From NCBI GenBank assembly GCA_013265495.1, contig MU058037.1, positions 1,303,498 through 1,367,497 of the forward strand: a stretch of DNA of 64,000 nt. The letters run 5' to 3'. The notes under the pieces were generated by a model, which was given only the letters and a program-made list of their open reading frames with translations, made no database searches and had not been told where the DNA came from. Positions 1 through 16,350 of this stretch are shown one piece after another. Each line of letters opens with the position of its first letter. Positions within the stretch are counted from its first letter, which is position 1. The position numbers were made by a program, and so were the translations under genes. The stretch is from Vicugna vicugna (Eukaryota).

Positions 1-178
1 CTATGCCTTTCATTTCTTCTGTTTATCCCCCATCCCAGAGTTCAGAAACTCTGGATATAGGAAGAGCAAAGTTTTTGGCTAAAATGTAATTTTAAGGAAA
101 TACTTTATATGTCATAACAAGTAAGGTTTTCAATATTGTATACTGTAACTCAGAGATTCTATCAGATGAGTGCAAATA

Positions 179-415
<237 letters not shown>

Positions 416-550
416 TTAAGGAGCCTACTGTGAGGTCTGAGTGCAAAGCACATTTCTGGGAGTCAAAAGCACGTATTTTATTAGGACTGGATTTGAGATT
501 ACAGGTGACTCTGCCTCTCTTTAAATCTCTGCTCACCAGTACAGGCCATT

Positions 551-2240
551 CCTTTTTAGATCTCTACTATTTAAAACAAATATTATTTTGAAGTCCAAAA
601 CCTTAACTAGTAAAATAAAGGCCAAACACTTGTAAACCAAGGCAATCTGTAATGAACTCCTAGGAAGCCCAACTCTAACCCTGTAATGATACAACAAGGG
701 AAAATAATACATAAGGAGTAAGAAATAAGGGAAAGTTACTTTTTGACCCTTACAAAATATACCTTATATTAGATTTATAAAGATTTTGGCCCCTTAAACT
801 CTATTGTACTATCATCTATAAGGTTATAGTGTAAATATTTCTGAGATAAACCTGCAGTCTACAAAGTACAATCTTGATTGTACACATTTTTAGTAACTCA
901 TTTGTTACTAATTTGCTCATTTGTTTTCCATTTCATTTTCTGGCAAATCATTAAGGAAAGAAATGAAAACTCTCTCCTAAAAGTGACAAAAATAAACTCT
1001 CCAAACTGTTCAGTTTATTCAAATTCTATATAAAAATAAATTTAAGATGTCACCTTTTATATGAAAACGTAACATGCTAAAGTACACATGAGATTTTGCC
1101 TTCTGAATGCTATTTTAGTAGTGGAAACCAGTTTGATCTCCCTTATGCATTTCTCCATTTGGTCAGAGCTAACAGGCTCAGAGAGGGAGAATTCACCTCA
1201 TTAGCAGCTGAAGTCTTCATCCTTTATAAACTTACTAAAAGGTTTTAGACCTATAAATTCAACTCTCAATTTGTATTCTAGGTTTCTTCCCTTTCTCTCC
1301 TCCTGATCAATCTCTCTCCTCCGACTTCTTCCTTCCTAGGTATAATCTGATCTTTTTCAACTTTAAAGTCTCTTTTTTAAGTTATCAGCAAACCTTTTTA
1401 GATCTCTACTATTTAAAACAAATGATTTATATTATTTTGAAGTCCAAAACCTTGACTAGTAAAATAAAGGCCAAACACTTGTAAACCAAGGCAATCTGTA
1501 ATGAACTCCTAGGAAGCCCAACTCTAACCCTGTAATGATACAACAAGGGAAAATAATACATAAGGAGTAAGAAATAAGGGAAAGTTACTTTTTGACCCTT
1601 ACAAAATATACCTTATATTAGATTTATAAAGATTTTGGCCCCTTAAACTCTATTGTACTATCATCTATAAGGTTATAGTGTAAATATTTCTGAGATAAAC
1701 CTGCAGTCTACAAAGTACAATCTTGATTGTACACATTTTTAGTAACTCATTTGTTACTAATTTGCTCATTTGTTTTCCATTTCATTTTCTGGCAAATCAT
1801 TAAGGAAAGAAATGAAAACTCTCTCCTAAAAGTGACAAAAATAAACTCTCCAAACTGTTCAGTTTATTCAAATTCTATATAAAAATAAATTTAAGATGTC
1901 ACCTTTTATATGAAAACGTAACATGCTAAAGTACACATGAGATTTTGCCTTCTGAATGCTATTTTAGTAGTGGAAACCAGTTTGATCTCCCTTATGCATT
2001 TCTCCATTTGGTCAGAGCTAACAGGCTCAGAGAGGGAGAATTCACCTCATTAGCAGCTGAAGTCTTCATCCTTTATAAACTTACTAAAAGGTTTTAGACC
2101 TATAAATTCAACTCTCAATTTGTATTCTAGGTTTCTTCCCTTTCTCTCCTCCTGATCAATCTCTCTCCTCCGACTTCTTCCTTCCTAGGTATAATCTGAT
2201 CTTTTTCAACTTTAAAGTCTCTTTTTTAAGTTATCAGCAA
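551..2240. repeat. Near-identical ~840-bp tandem duplication in MBTPS2 intron 10 (551-1391; 1393-2240)
   Basis: Both copies begin cctttttagatctctactatttaaaacaaa and end ttttttaagttatcagcaa; only a 7-bp indel and one substitution noticed. Confidence 0.95.
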
Positions 2241-2291
2241 TTGATATGTGTAAGGTCTATACATGCTCTTTATTCCAGGTAAGACTGATCA

Positions 2292-2486
<195 letters not shown>

Positions 2487-3117
2487 CTAAAAATTGGGCT
2501 AGCCTATGAAACTGACTAAGGAAGCCCTTCCCCAACATATGCAGGCAGGGTATATGCCCCACATATAAAAGCAGTCAAATTGTAGAATACCTAATTAAAA
2601 TAGAGGAATACGGAAATTCATTTTCCAGTGTGTACTTTTTATTTTGAGGTGATAATAAGATAAAACTAATTATATACCAAGTATGACTACCAAATACAGA
2701 GAATGACTTAAAAAATACACTAGAATTTACATCAAAAGAGTCCTTATCCTTTTGAAGAAGTACTACCTTAAAATCACATTCACTCCAACTATCATGCCAC
2801 TTGATCTCTTTCCGGTCTTGGTTTTTTCTTCATTGTTAAAACAAGGATTAAGACTAGGGGAGTTTTAAGGTCTTTTCCATTCTGTGGATTCCATAATCCT
2901 GTTTTTGTTTAAAACATTAAAGAAAAAAAAACCCAAACTCTCTTGTAATTAGCTAGAACTCACAGCACACATTTCTGAATTATCCTAAAGAGGGACATTT
3001 CTACATTTGTTGAGGGTGTATTTAATATTTGCACTCTAGAGTCACTTGGTGTCAAACTAACAAGAATGACCCAGGTTGTATCTTAGGATATGACTATGGA
3101 CCAATGACAGAAGCTTT

Positions 3118-3254
3118 TATTTTATTTTGTTTTTTTATAGGGGGAGGTAATTAGGTCTATTTGTTTATTTATTTTTAGAGGAGGTACTGAGGATTGAACT
3201 CAGGACCTCATGCATGCTAAGCATGTGCTCTTCCAGTTGAGCTATACCCTCCCC
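3118..3254 (-). mobile_element. tRNA-derived SINE (camelid Vic-1-like)
   Basis: Reverse complement of GGGGAGGGTATAGCTCA...CATGCTTAGCATGCA...GTTCAATCC head plus CCTAATTACCTCCCC tail; TSD-like agaag[c/t]tttta. Confidence 0.85.
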
Positions 3255-3284
3255 TAGAAGTTTTTAAAAAGTACCATAAAGCCC

Positions 3285-3715
3285 ACATGTCCATTAACTG
3301 ATGAAAACAGAAAATGTAATATGTCCATACAATGAAATATTATTTGGCCATAAAAAGGAATGAAGTATTGACACATGCTACAACATGGATGAACCTTGAA
3401 AATATGCTAAGTGAAAGAAGCCAGCCACAAAATATTTCATTTATATGAAATGTGAACAGGCAAACTTAAAGAAACAGAAAGTAGTTAGTGGTTTCCAAGG
3501 GCTGGCTGGGGTAGGGGGGATGTTTGTTGAGGAGCAATGAGGAATGACTTCTTAAAGAGTATGGGGTTTCTTTTTGGGGTTATGAAAATATTCTGGAGCT
3601 AGATTGTGGTGATAGTTGCACAACTCTGAATATATTAAAAACTACTGAATTGTACACTCTAAAAAGGTGAATTGTATGGTATGCAAATTATATTTCAATA
3701 AAACATTAAAAAAGG
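3285..3715 (+). mobile_element. Old L1 (L1MB-like) 3' end
   Basis: gccataaaaaggaatgaagt...acatggatgaaccttgaaaa...caataaa pattern typical of L1 3' ends. Confidence 0.75.
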
Positions 3716-4175
3716 AACATTAGAAAACCTTGTACAACAAAATGAGCTAGATTATATGATCTTCAGCCATATGGGGAAGCTATCTATTTAGTCCAATCAT
3801 GTGCCACTGTTAAAACAATTATGTTGGCCCAGTTTTGAAATTATATTCATATAAAATTCATGTGTCATACACAAATTACTTCATAGTCATTATCACTATG
3901 ATTCCTGGCATTCTTTGGGGTATGCTACTCTTGGCTACTGTTTTGGGAGCCTGGATACATTTAATAAATTCTTAGAGAATACCTGAGAGATCATCTATGT
4001 GACTTGGACATAAAAGATGAAGGAAAAATGCATTACTCTCCGTAGGCAGACATGGGGTTCAGCCCCATCTTGCTTTATAAATTCAGATTATTTTTCTACT
4101 ACTTAAATTTCATTTAATATATAAGAACAAGTTAACAAGACTTTGAAAAGTGATCAAATATAATAAATAAAATTA

Positions 4176-4454
<279 letters not shown>

Positions 4455-4809
4455 CTAGGGATAAAATATTAGTTACTCGATACTAAAAATGACTTAGTAA
4501 CAAGAAAAACAACACTAAGTTACATGTCTTCTATATTTTTCATGTCAACTAGTATATTAGGAACGAAGTTCACATAAAGGAAATGCCATTTATGTGTATC
4601 TACTATAAATTAGATTCACGTACTCCACTTTGGCCAAGTAAAATATTACCACTATAAAATTTTTAAAGATTTTCAGATGAAATATAACATGTGAAATGTA
4701 AAGATTTTAATAAATGATACAAAGCAAAAGGGAGATGTTTTCACAGATGCCATTTTAGTTCTATGTACTTATTTTGTAGTAATTATATCAGGCACGCATG
4801 ACTGCTTCA

Positions 4810-4944
<135 letters not shown>

Positions 4945-6469
4945 TTATAAAAAAAAAAGAGTCCATTATATAGAAGTACATTTGTAATAAGAATTTTGCT
5001 TTCAAGACAAAAAGAGTTAAGTAAAATGCATAGGAATTCAGAAACAACTGTATAATTGAGAGTTCAGCTTACTGGCTGCTTGCCGCAGAGTTTGATTTTA
5101 TGTTACAAAAAGAGATATATCCAATTTGAAATCAAGAAGCAGCAATTACCCTAGGTTAGTTGTCTTCATATAAACTTACCCACTCACAAAGCTGGAGTTC
5201 CAGAGTCCCAGTAGATTTTGCAATAACTCCAGCTGGTCAAGCACAAATATTTAATGAACCACAATTAGATGCCCTAATGCTGCTGATCCAGTACCACTGC
5301 TGGTAAACTCCTGAGCTGTGATGTTAGCAGAGTGACCCAGAGGATGCCTAAGAGATATCCCTAATATATCAAATATCTGTCCCACTTCCAGGCTTACCTT
5401 AGGCCTCTCCCCACAGAACCGGGGCAGCCCAATTTGACCCCATAGATGTGCACATATATGCAAGCATACCAGTAATCCAGTTACCATTTTTGGAAGGCAA
5501 CAGAAACAGGACAACTATTTATTCCCATTACTCTTTTTTTTTTTCCCCAAGTTTCTTGGTAGACTGTACTTGTACCTGGGACAGCTAAGGATGAAATAGA
5601 TATTGAAGAAGAATTATTCTGGGATTGATTTTTTTTTTTTTAGCGTGGAAAGAGTAATATATGCTTCAGGTTTTTAAACAAATATCTTCAAAATACAGCA
5701 CTTGATCCATAATGGTGAAATATTCAAAAAGTTAATAAGGAAAGGGTTTCAGAGTATTTCAAGAAAAATTTCACTTGCATTCTGACAGGAAAAAGACAAA
5801 CCTTAAACATCTGAAATGCAGATATCCTAATAAAGCAATCCTGTTAGAGAGAACTTTATTTGATTATTATGTCATTTTGGCTTTTGTAATTCAATACAGA
5901 TTATACCAAATTTAGAGAAACCTAAGGAAAATAATATAGGACTTAAGGAGTATGAAATAATGATTATTTTTCTTACAGAAGAACACACCGTGGATTATAT
6001 ACCCAACTGAAAAGATGTAATACATAGAAAAAGATGAGGTGTAATATGAAGTACTGAGTGCGAGCCATAAAGTATTTTTGCCCCTGCCAAAAATGGATTC
6101 TGCATCTAATCAAGCCTCTAGACCTAACCACCAAGTACAGGAAATTTGGGAGACACCTGAGCATGTTAATGATATCTTGTGGATAACATATAACTAGACA
6201 AATTCAGAATATGGGAAATTTGACAAATAAATAAGTCAGTTTCTTAAATAAATAATGTATAAGAAAGTCAGGGGCAATTATTACAGCTTAAAAGAAACTT
6301 AAAATCTGAAAAGAAAAAGTATATATATGTATGTACATATATAATTGAATTGCTTTGTTGTACATCTGAAACTAACATTGTAAATCAACTACACTTCAAT
6401 AAAAATTTTTTTAAAAAGGAACTTAAAAGATAGACCATCCAACTTAAATTATTAAAAAACTAGGGAAGA

Positions 6470-6663
6470 TGGGGGAGGGTATAGCTCAGTGAGAGAGTGC
6501 ATGCTTAGCATGCACAAGGTCCTTGGTTCAATCCCCAGTATCTCCACTAAAAAACATAAAAATAAAATAAAATAAATTAAAATAAATAAACCTAATTACC
6601 TCCACCAACCCCCCAAAATAATTAAAGTGGTAAAAACAAAACAAAATAAAAATTAAAAAAAAA
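6470..6663 (+). mobile_element. tRNA-derived SINE (Vic-1-like)
   Basis: A-box TAGCTCAGT, B-box GGTTCAATCC, A-rich linker, CCTAATTACCTCC and A-rich tail. Confidence 0.85.
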
Positions 6664-7754
6664 GGAGAGTGCATACAAACTAGATATTAGGAATTATTGC
6701 TAATTTTGTTAGGTGCGGTAACAGTACTGTGGTCATGTTTAAAAGGTCATCATCTATTAAAGATATGTTAAAGTTTATGGATGAAATGCAGGATGCCTGG
6801 GATGTGCTGTAAAATAATTCTGTCAAAGGTAGGCAGGTTGGATGAAAAAACTGGCAAAATACTGACAACTGCTGAAGCTAGGAGAAGGATTCATGAGGTT
6901 TCATTTATACTACTCTCTTGACATTTATGTACATTTGAAAAATTTTTACAATAAAAAGTTCTTATAAATGAGTTATACGTGGAAGGTTTCACTTAAAAAT
7001 TTTTAAATTAATTCTTACTACTTTGCCACTGTTGCACACAGGACTTTAGTAACATTATTTCTGATAACAAATCATATTTTTTTAACCCAGTAGATGTGTA
7101 TACGCACCCAGGTACTTCTTGACTTAAAGATGTAGTCTGTGAGCATTAACATGTACTTTCCAATACTTTCAATAATTTGGGACCCCACGATTTTGTATAA
7201 AGAGTTGGGAGACTGATTTTTCAAAGCTGGAAGAACTAAAAATAAATTTGGCAGCTTCTGAGAATAAACCTGCTTCACCCTGTCTCCTACTACACAGAAC
7301 AACAGATCTGACTTAAGGGGGTATTTTCGGACACCAAGATGACTTCCTCTGGATTCCTGCCACATAAAATAACTCTATCCCAAATAGCTCTGGACATGCC
7401 ACCATCCATACAGCACAAGGATATTTAAATACTGGAATTTAGCTGGTTATCGTTGAGCTTGAATGCTGACTTAAACACAAGTGTTTTTTAAATGCTGAAA
7501 GAATTAGATACTAGAGTTCTAGAAATCAAATATGAAATTAGCTAGAAGTTCAGTAACAATATATAATAAACAAAACATATATACTGGTATCTAACTTACC
7601 AAGAAGAATGTTTACTAGTTTAGGCCTATCATTATTTTACTGATTTGTTTAAAAGAAGTTAGAACAAAATAAATCTATAGCGTTGATCTAAGTATTAGTG
7701 AATGGAAAGTACTGCTGCTTGAAGCATTCTATTATATTGAGAAAAAATACACAC

Positions 7755-7935
7755 CTCTAACTGGGAAGCTTAACTGCTGTAAAGTTGATGCACTTATACA
7801 GTAACCAATTTGGGGCTCATAGGCGATGGTATCTAGACATTCATTCCAATCTTGTACATTAGTAACAGGACAATCCTGTAGATGGGTGACAAGGTCTCCC
7901 ACAAAAAGGCCTCGGGGTCCAATGGCAGGTGAGTC
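7755..7935 (-). CDS. MBTPS2: MBTPS2 coding exon 7 ([14 protein letters not shown]...QQLSFPVR)
   Basis: Acceptor ctcttcccaag, donor G|GTGTGT; 181 nt. Confidence 0.96.
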
Positions 7936-8791
7936 CTTGGGAAGAGAGCAGAACCAAATCAGATAATGTGTGAAGACAAACTATGCTTAATCTGAGCAAA
8001 TAACAGACAATGAGCTAATTAAACAGAATATTTTGAATAATGCAGAAAATAATCCAGCTCTGAATTTAAGATTTATAGTCCTAGCAAATTAACAAAATAA
8101 TACCCAGCAATTAGTTATTTTCCTACTTTGCTAAGATTTTTAATTTTTTGCAAGTGAAAAACAAACAAAACCCACTTGCTAACAGTTAAGATTAAAATGA
8201 TAAAGTTTTTTCCAAACTGCTAATTAAAATTTTTTTTGTGAAAGTAGTCATCAGGACTACTTCATTTTCCTGTATCATCAGTGGATAAAATTATGAGACA
8301 AGTCCTTATCTAAACAGAGTCCCAAATATGCACACACTATCAGCATAATGAATGTGTGACCCAGTTGCTCACAGAGGTGATTTTCCTCTTCCCAAAGTGT
8401 GAACAGAACACTTGATACCATCAGAGTCTACAGGAGTGAAATACAGAGTTGAAGACATTAACAAACTCCCACAAAATGTTCTGGCTGGCTAGCCTAGGCC
8501 TCATCTTTCTTATTTCTTAGGAGTAAAGACATTTGATTCAAAAGCAGAGTTACAAAAATAAACGGTAAAGGTAAATGATGCATTTTATCAATAAACTACA
8601 GGTAGAAAATCTTGATATTATCTTTGTAACTCAGAACTATTTTCAGCATTTTAAAACAGCCAATGTGCTTCACTAAACTATTTCTTCTATTTAAAAGGAT
8701 TACAATAATTTCTTCAGGACAAACTGAGCATTCTGTATACGAGAAGAACTTGAGTAAAAGTTCCTGACATAAAATGCTAAGTATGACATCA

Positions 8792-8980
<189 letters not shown>

Positions 8981-10884
8981 TCAACCAGGGGCAGGAGAGA
9001 TACCATTCCAAGTATCTGTACTTCATAGCACCTAGGCATTTGGATCAATTAGTAAAGTAACCAGAAGAAGCTGTAAGGTAGATAGATTTACTTAGTAGTA
9101 GTACAGCAGACAGATGTTCAGTTAAAGAGGCTTCTTCCATTTCAGATACTGAAATCTAAATGAGCATGTTAATATAACACTAGGAAGACTACATGCTAAT
9201 ATGATTTAACACTATTAGAATCTACAGTCTTACATATATACCTCTATTACATATAGAGAAGTGTGTGTGTATATAAACACATACATAATTAATAGAATAT
9301 CTTCTACTTACTACACCCAGTTTTCAGAAAATGCATACATATTATTTGAAACATACTTGTGATCTTTGAAAGGAACTTCAGAGCTACCAAATAAAAGTTA
9401 AGATGAAGTAAAAAACATTCTTGTTCAACTGACGTATGCATCTTACATTGACTATAACTCTCTCCACCACATATACAGGAATGATTAGGGGAACCCCACG
9501 GTGCGCTGGAGCCTGCTTGCCACAGCTGACTGTGCATCTTTCACTAACTCCTCCTTCGGGGACTTCAGCTTGGTGCCTTGAAATTGGCCAGGGTAGGAAT
9601 ATTTACATCACAGGAATCAGCAAATGCTACATACCAGAGCTCCCCACCCTCCCCTCCAGAGCCAGGTGTTCACTAGATAACCCCCTACACTCCATCCTTC
9701 CCTTCTTCTACAGCAGTTTTCCTCATGGGGCAGAGTGAGGGCACTATCAGCTTTTTGAGCAGTGCTATTAGTTCTGTAGGTCTGTCCCTTACAATACAGG
9801 ATATATAGCATTCCTGACTCCATCCTCTGAATGCCACTAGTGCTCTCCAGTCACCAAGACAATCAATGCTCACCCCAACCCACACATTCTGAACATCCCC
9901 AGGAGGGTGACAGCACCAGTGGTTAAGAACCAATGTTCTACAGTGACAGAAATGTAACTTAAATACATCTCCCAGACTCTCAGGAAGGTTAGTATGGCCA
10001 TATGACTGTGTTTTGGCCAACAGAATGTTAGTGGACGTGATAGGGATTGTCATACTGGCTGGAATGTAGCTATGATGGAGCTAAATCTGACTCCATGACA
10101 TAGAAGCTGCATGTTGGGAATAGCACAGCTAAGACAGAAAGAGCCTGAGTCCCTCAAATCATAGAATTATCCTATCAGCGCTGAACTACTTACATTTGCA
10201 GTGTTTTATGACTGTTTAAGTCACCGTTATTTTTAGCTATTGCAGCAGCCAGATATTTAGCTAATACATGTTCCATGTACCATATTCACACTGTAAGATG
10301 TTCCTCTAGTCCAGGACACATTGGGTAAAAAATCTCTTCTGCTCTATACACAGATTTTCTAAAAACACCAATGGCATCAAGCTATTTACCAGAAACTGTA
10401 TTTTGCTTTTTTATTTACATATTTTGGATCTTTTCCTTATCCACACATTCATATCCAACCCATTTCTTATATCCACCAGAGTCATCCATTTTTCTAAAAA
10501 ACATACTTACTTATTCGTAAGGTTCCCTACTAATGACCACTTAGGCTGTTTTAACTTTTTCATACAGTACTGTAACGAACAGCTTTGCTCATATTGTTAC
10601 GCATCTAATTAAGTATGCATCTGTGAGGGTATGGAAAACCACACAGAAAGGGAACTGCTCGGTCAAAAACTATGTGCATTAAAATTGACCTCCAGTGAAT
10701 CTGCATTATGTTCTCATAACTGGCATATGTTTAGCCATCCTCTAAACACTGGACGCTATCATAATTTTTGACTTTACCATCTGCTAGGTGAAAAGTCAAG
10801 TCTTTGTCTTGATTTCGACTTAATTATGAGTGAGCTTGTATGTTTTTCAGGTTTATTAAATAGCTATTTGTATTTCTTAACATC

Positions 10885-11012
10885 TTTTATTTATTTATTT
10901 ATTTTTTGGGGGGAGGTAATTAAGTTTACTTATTGAGGAGGTACTGGGGATTGAACCCAGGGCCTCATGCATGCTAAGCATGCACTATGCCACTTGAGCC
11001 ATACTCTTCCCC
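10885..11012 (-). mobile_element. tRNA-derived SINE (Vic-1-like)
   Basis: ggggaggtaatt...gtactggggattgaacccagg...catgctaagc...ttcccc. Confidence 0.82.
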
Positions 11013-11897
11013 TGTATTTCTTTTGTCTAAGAATTGCCTACTTCTATCCATTGTCAGTTTACATTTTTTGACTGGGTTGTCTTTTTTTTAAAACTAATTT
11101 ATATGTATTATTGGTTGCAATATATACATTGAGAAATTTGGTCTTGTTTAAGAGATATTATAACTTCTTCCCTTTAGCTTGTTGCTTGGCTTGGTTTATA
11201 GTTTTGCCTATATAGACATTTTAAATTTTGGTGTGGTCAAATGGTTCTTTTGTATTAAGCTTTTCCCAAGCATAATATTATAAAAGACACTCACCTGTGT
11301 TTTCTTGGCAGTTCAAGATTATAGATGACACCTGTTTTCTTGTACTGCTTTCATAGCATCATTAAAAAAAATTAAAACAAAAAAACTAATTCTTTCACCC
11401 ACTGGAATTTAGTGAAACTAATTTAGGAATACAGCTATACCACACTGTCCCCCATCCCCGTGTCCCCCACCTCCTGCTGTTAGTCTCAATACAATTTCAC
11501 AAAATAATCCATAGAATAGATTTGCCACCATTACCATGTACTATATTCACCTTTCCCCTCAACTCCTCAGGATGGAACGATCCACTAGGACTGCCTAAAA
11601 GCTTGCACCTTCTTTCTCCCTTATCAGGATACCACCATACAACCCTGACTTTTCCCATCCAAGCAACAGTTAGAGGGGCACACAGCAGCACTGATTCTTT
11701 GACTCTCTGGGCAGCCTCCTATCTGCTCAGGGATGCAACTGCTATCAGACCTCCCTGCTAGATTCCAGATTTGCCCATGGTGGCTAAGTGGCAATGGCCA
11801 TGCCTTTCTTTCCTTATTTAAACAACCTTTTGTTCATTAATGATTTATGTGTAAGTATACTAAATAAATATTTGTTATAATTCTTACTTTCTTTAGA

Positions 11898-12031
11898 GCA
11901 GGGTTTCTCAACAGTAGCACTACTGGCATTTGGGGCCAGGTAATTCTTTGTTATGGGGAACTGTCTTTTGCATTGTAAAATGTTTAGCAGCATCCCTGGC
12001 CTCTATCCATCAGATGCCAGTGGCATCCCCC
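11898..12031. mobile_element. hAT-Charlie MER20-like fragment
   Basis: cagggtttctcaac...gatgccagtggcatcccc. Confidence 0.7.
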
Positions 12032-12078
12032 GACCCCATTTTCTCTATCTTCTAGCTATAGCATTTATATAGGCAAGC

Positions 12079-12113
12079 TTTTTTTTTTCTTTCTTTAGAA
12101 CAGCTATTTTATT
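12079..12113 (-). other. Putative YY2 polyadenylation signal and retrocopy poly(A) remnant
   Basis: Minus-strand AATAAA (12113-12108) followed by an A-rich tract (12096-12079) about 850 nt past the YY2 stop. Confidence 0.5.
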
Positions 12114-12953
12114 TTTGCTTTTTCTATTACAAGTGATGTACGTACCAAGTGTTAAAAGGTCAATACATACACAATATATTCTACAACTGAGCACCACTCT
12201 CTAGCTCAAGAGGCAAAGAAATCATACTAAACAACAGCATCTGGCAGTATTTGGGGGCAATAAAAAGACTAAACTAGGTTTAAATTGACTATTACATCAC
12301 ACATCTAATATTCAATACTACATAATCCAAAGCAGCTAAAAGATAGTATGCAAAATGTGTCAATATCAAAGAATATAACCAAAATTAAGATAGCAAAAAA
12401 ACTATATAACGTTTTTAAACAGTAAAATACTTTAAGTATGCATGTAACTATTCATTCTTTTAAAACTAATCTGCAAAGTTATCAACCTCCAGAAAAACCG
12501 TATCAAGAATTACTAAACATATTCCTAAAAGTATAAACATGAACATTTAGAAAATACAGAACTTTAAAAAAACTGTAAGCAATATGTGAACTTCATATTT
12601 AAAAGAATGTGAAAAGAAGTCCCATTTTTCATACAGTTGTATAAAGAACTGTCTTTTGATGTGAGTGAGGTTCATGAATTATCCTCCTGTTGGGACCAAA
12701 CATTACAAAAACACGTTTTTCAAATGGTATTTCAGAACAAGACAGAGCATCTTAACAGTGTTATTTCATATAAAGAATTATTTTTTAACCTTTTAATTTT
12801 ACTTTTACTACTCTATCAAAACCTGACCCTTAGATGTATAAGAATCATTAAAAAAAATTCTTTCCTAGAAACATTATACGAAAAAGGCATTTTTATTTCC
12901 AATCACATTCCTGGAAGATGCTTTTTGAGCTTGAGCAGGGTCTTCTCTCCTTT

Positions 12954-14129
<1,176 letters not shown>

Positions 14130-14248
14130 TCAGAGGCTCTGGCTACTGAGCAGCGACTGAGTGACCAGAAGGCCGTGGAAAAGAAAGGCTGCAGGAAAAG
14201 CACGAGCTCCAGAGGAAGGTGCGGGAGGTTGTGGTGGTGGACAAGAAA

Positions 14249-14359
14249 GACGCGGAAGACGCCGGAAGACGCCCGAAGACGCCGGAAGACGCCCGAAGAC
14301 GCGGTAGACACCAAAGATGCGGAAGACGCCGAAGACAGACGCGGAAGACACCGAAGACA
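14249..14359. repeat. 9-10 bp degenerate tandem repeat (GACGCCGGAA-like) upstream of YY2
   Basis: About 11 units such as gacgcggaa, gacgccggaa and gacgcccgaa. Confidence 0.88.
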
Positions 14360-16203
14360 GGCGCGGGTGTTTCTGGGTGCGCCTTGCGCATGCGCTTCTG
14401 GGCACCCTGCGCATGCGCGCCCCACCCCCGGCTGGGGCGCCCCAGCCGAGCGCGCGCCCCGGTTCACGCGCCTGTGCAGGCGCCAGCCGTCCCACCCATG
14501 TGCGCCTCTCCGCTCAGTGTGCCAAGCTATTGTTTTTTTGAAATCGGTAACCAGGCTCTACAGAATTTTTCTATATTTCATTTACATTGATTTTCTTGTC
14601 CTTCCCCTACCCGCCACCAGGTATATAACAATATGTGGGGGGGGTGGTACGGGGAGCCTACTCCTTTCTAATGTTTATGCTTTTTTCTTCTTATGTAATT
14701 ACACTGACCCACATTTACATACCATTTAATAATAGTATCACTGATAGTGGGATTGCTTGTCTTGTCTTTTAATAGAAATGGTTCTAAGTGTCATACCATT
14801 AGGAAGTATCCAGCCATTTCTACTTTTTTACTACACATTTTTGTTTTTTAGCCATTAATGGAGGTTGAATTTTCTTAAATACTCATTTCAGTATCTGCTG
14901 AGATGAGGATTTTTTCCCCCTAAGGGCAACGTTTACCACATGCAAATAAGATTTCCTAATGTTGAGCCATCCTTGCATTGTTTAGATACATCAGCTGTAG
15001 AATTTTTTTTGTGCTTTACAAGATTCTTTATCAGTGTTACACTGGGTTTAAAAAAAAAAAATCTTACTTTCCTTCTCTACGTGACCTGGAAAGTTTGTAC
15101 CAAATTGGAATTAAAAAGAAAAAAATCCTTTCCTTCAAGATTTGAAAGAATTCCACCTATGAACATTCTTTAACTTTCTTAATTTCTCCTTCTTAATTTC
15201 TTAACTTTCTTAATTTCTCCTAATTACCCTGTTTAGAACTTTTTTTGTCTCCTCTGGGATTAATTCAGGCTATTAAAAAATTATCCAGCTTTTTGAGAAC
15301 TTTTTGCAGAGATGAACAAAAAACACTTTTATAATTGTTTTAACTTTCTCTGTTATCAGTTGTCATTCCCCAATCTGATTGCTAGTTCTGTCTGTAGATG
15401 CTTTCTCCCATTGTCTAATCTTTTCTGTTCTTCAAAGAACTCTTGGATTTAACAGCCCTATTTTTCTTTTTTCTAATTTATTATTTTCTGCCTATACCCA
15501 TACTAAATACATCATTGCCTACCTACTTTATAGTTCTTTTCTCACTTCTTCACTTGACTGCTTAACTGATTTATTTTATTTCATAACAACAGCCTAAGAC
15601 AGTGAATTTTCCTTTAAGCAAAACTTTACACATTATTTCACTACCATTTTTAAACATACTGAAATTATGGTTTTGAATCAAATTAGTCAATTTTTATAAA
15701 TTTCATGGGCACTTGAAAAGAAATTATCATGGTAGAGGGTCCGACATAACTACTGATTTTTTTATCTTGCTAATTAGAGCTTCAATAAACTTTTTCATAC
15801 CTATGTGCCATGTGTTGACAAATGAGAAGAGCCTCCTTTATTACATTTGTGTTTTTAACTTGTACTTTTTCCATTTTTGTTTTGATGGCTTATTACTTCA
15901 TTCAGTAAGAGACTCAATGATTACATTTTCATTGTGGATTACACTCCCTATGATTATTAACTGGCCTCATGTCTAATGTAATGCTTTAGTCATATTTTCA
16001 TGATATGTTCTGGTCATTTTACTTTCAGTTTTTTAAAAATAATTCATGTTAAAAAATGAAGAAACTGGAGTGGAAATTATTTTGCTCTACTACTTCTGAG
16101 AGGCTTACAAGCTGAATTTATCAACCAAAAGGTGAGGTATTTTCATTTGTTATAGAAGTACTTCCCATAAAACCACTAAACACACAGATGAACAAAGAAA
16201 TTA

Positions 16204-16350
<147 letters not shown>

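Noticed and set aside
6470..6545. tRNA-like sequences with A and B boxes (five copies in the window)
   Set aside because: They are heads of tRNA-derived SINEs with a shared tail and A-rich ends, not tRNA genes
14249..14359. Short direct repeats as a CRISPR-like array
   Set aside because: Eukaryotic context, 9-10 bp units with no unique spacers, and no cas genes
15170..15220. Short duplicated ttaactttcttaatttctcct motif
   Set aside because: Low-complexity slippage duplication with no sign of function
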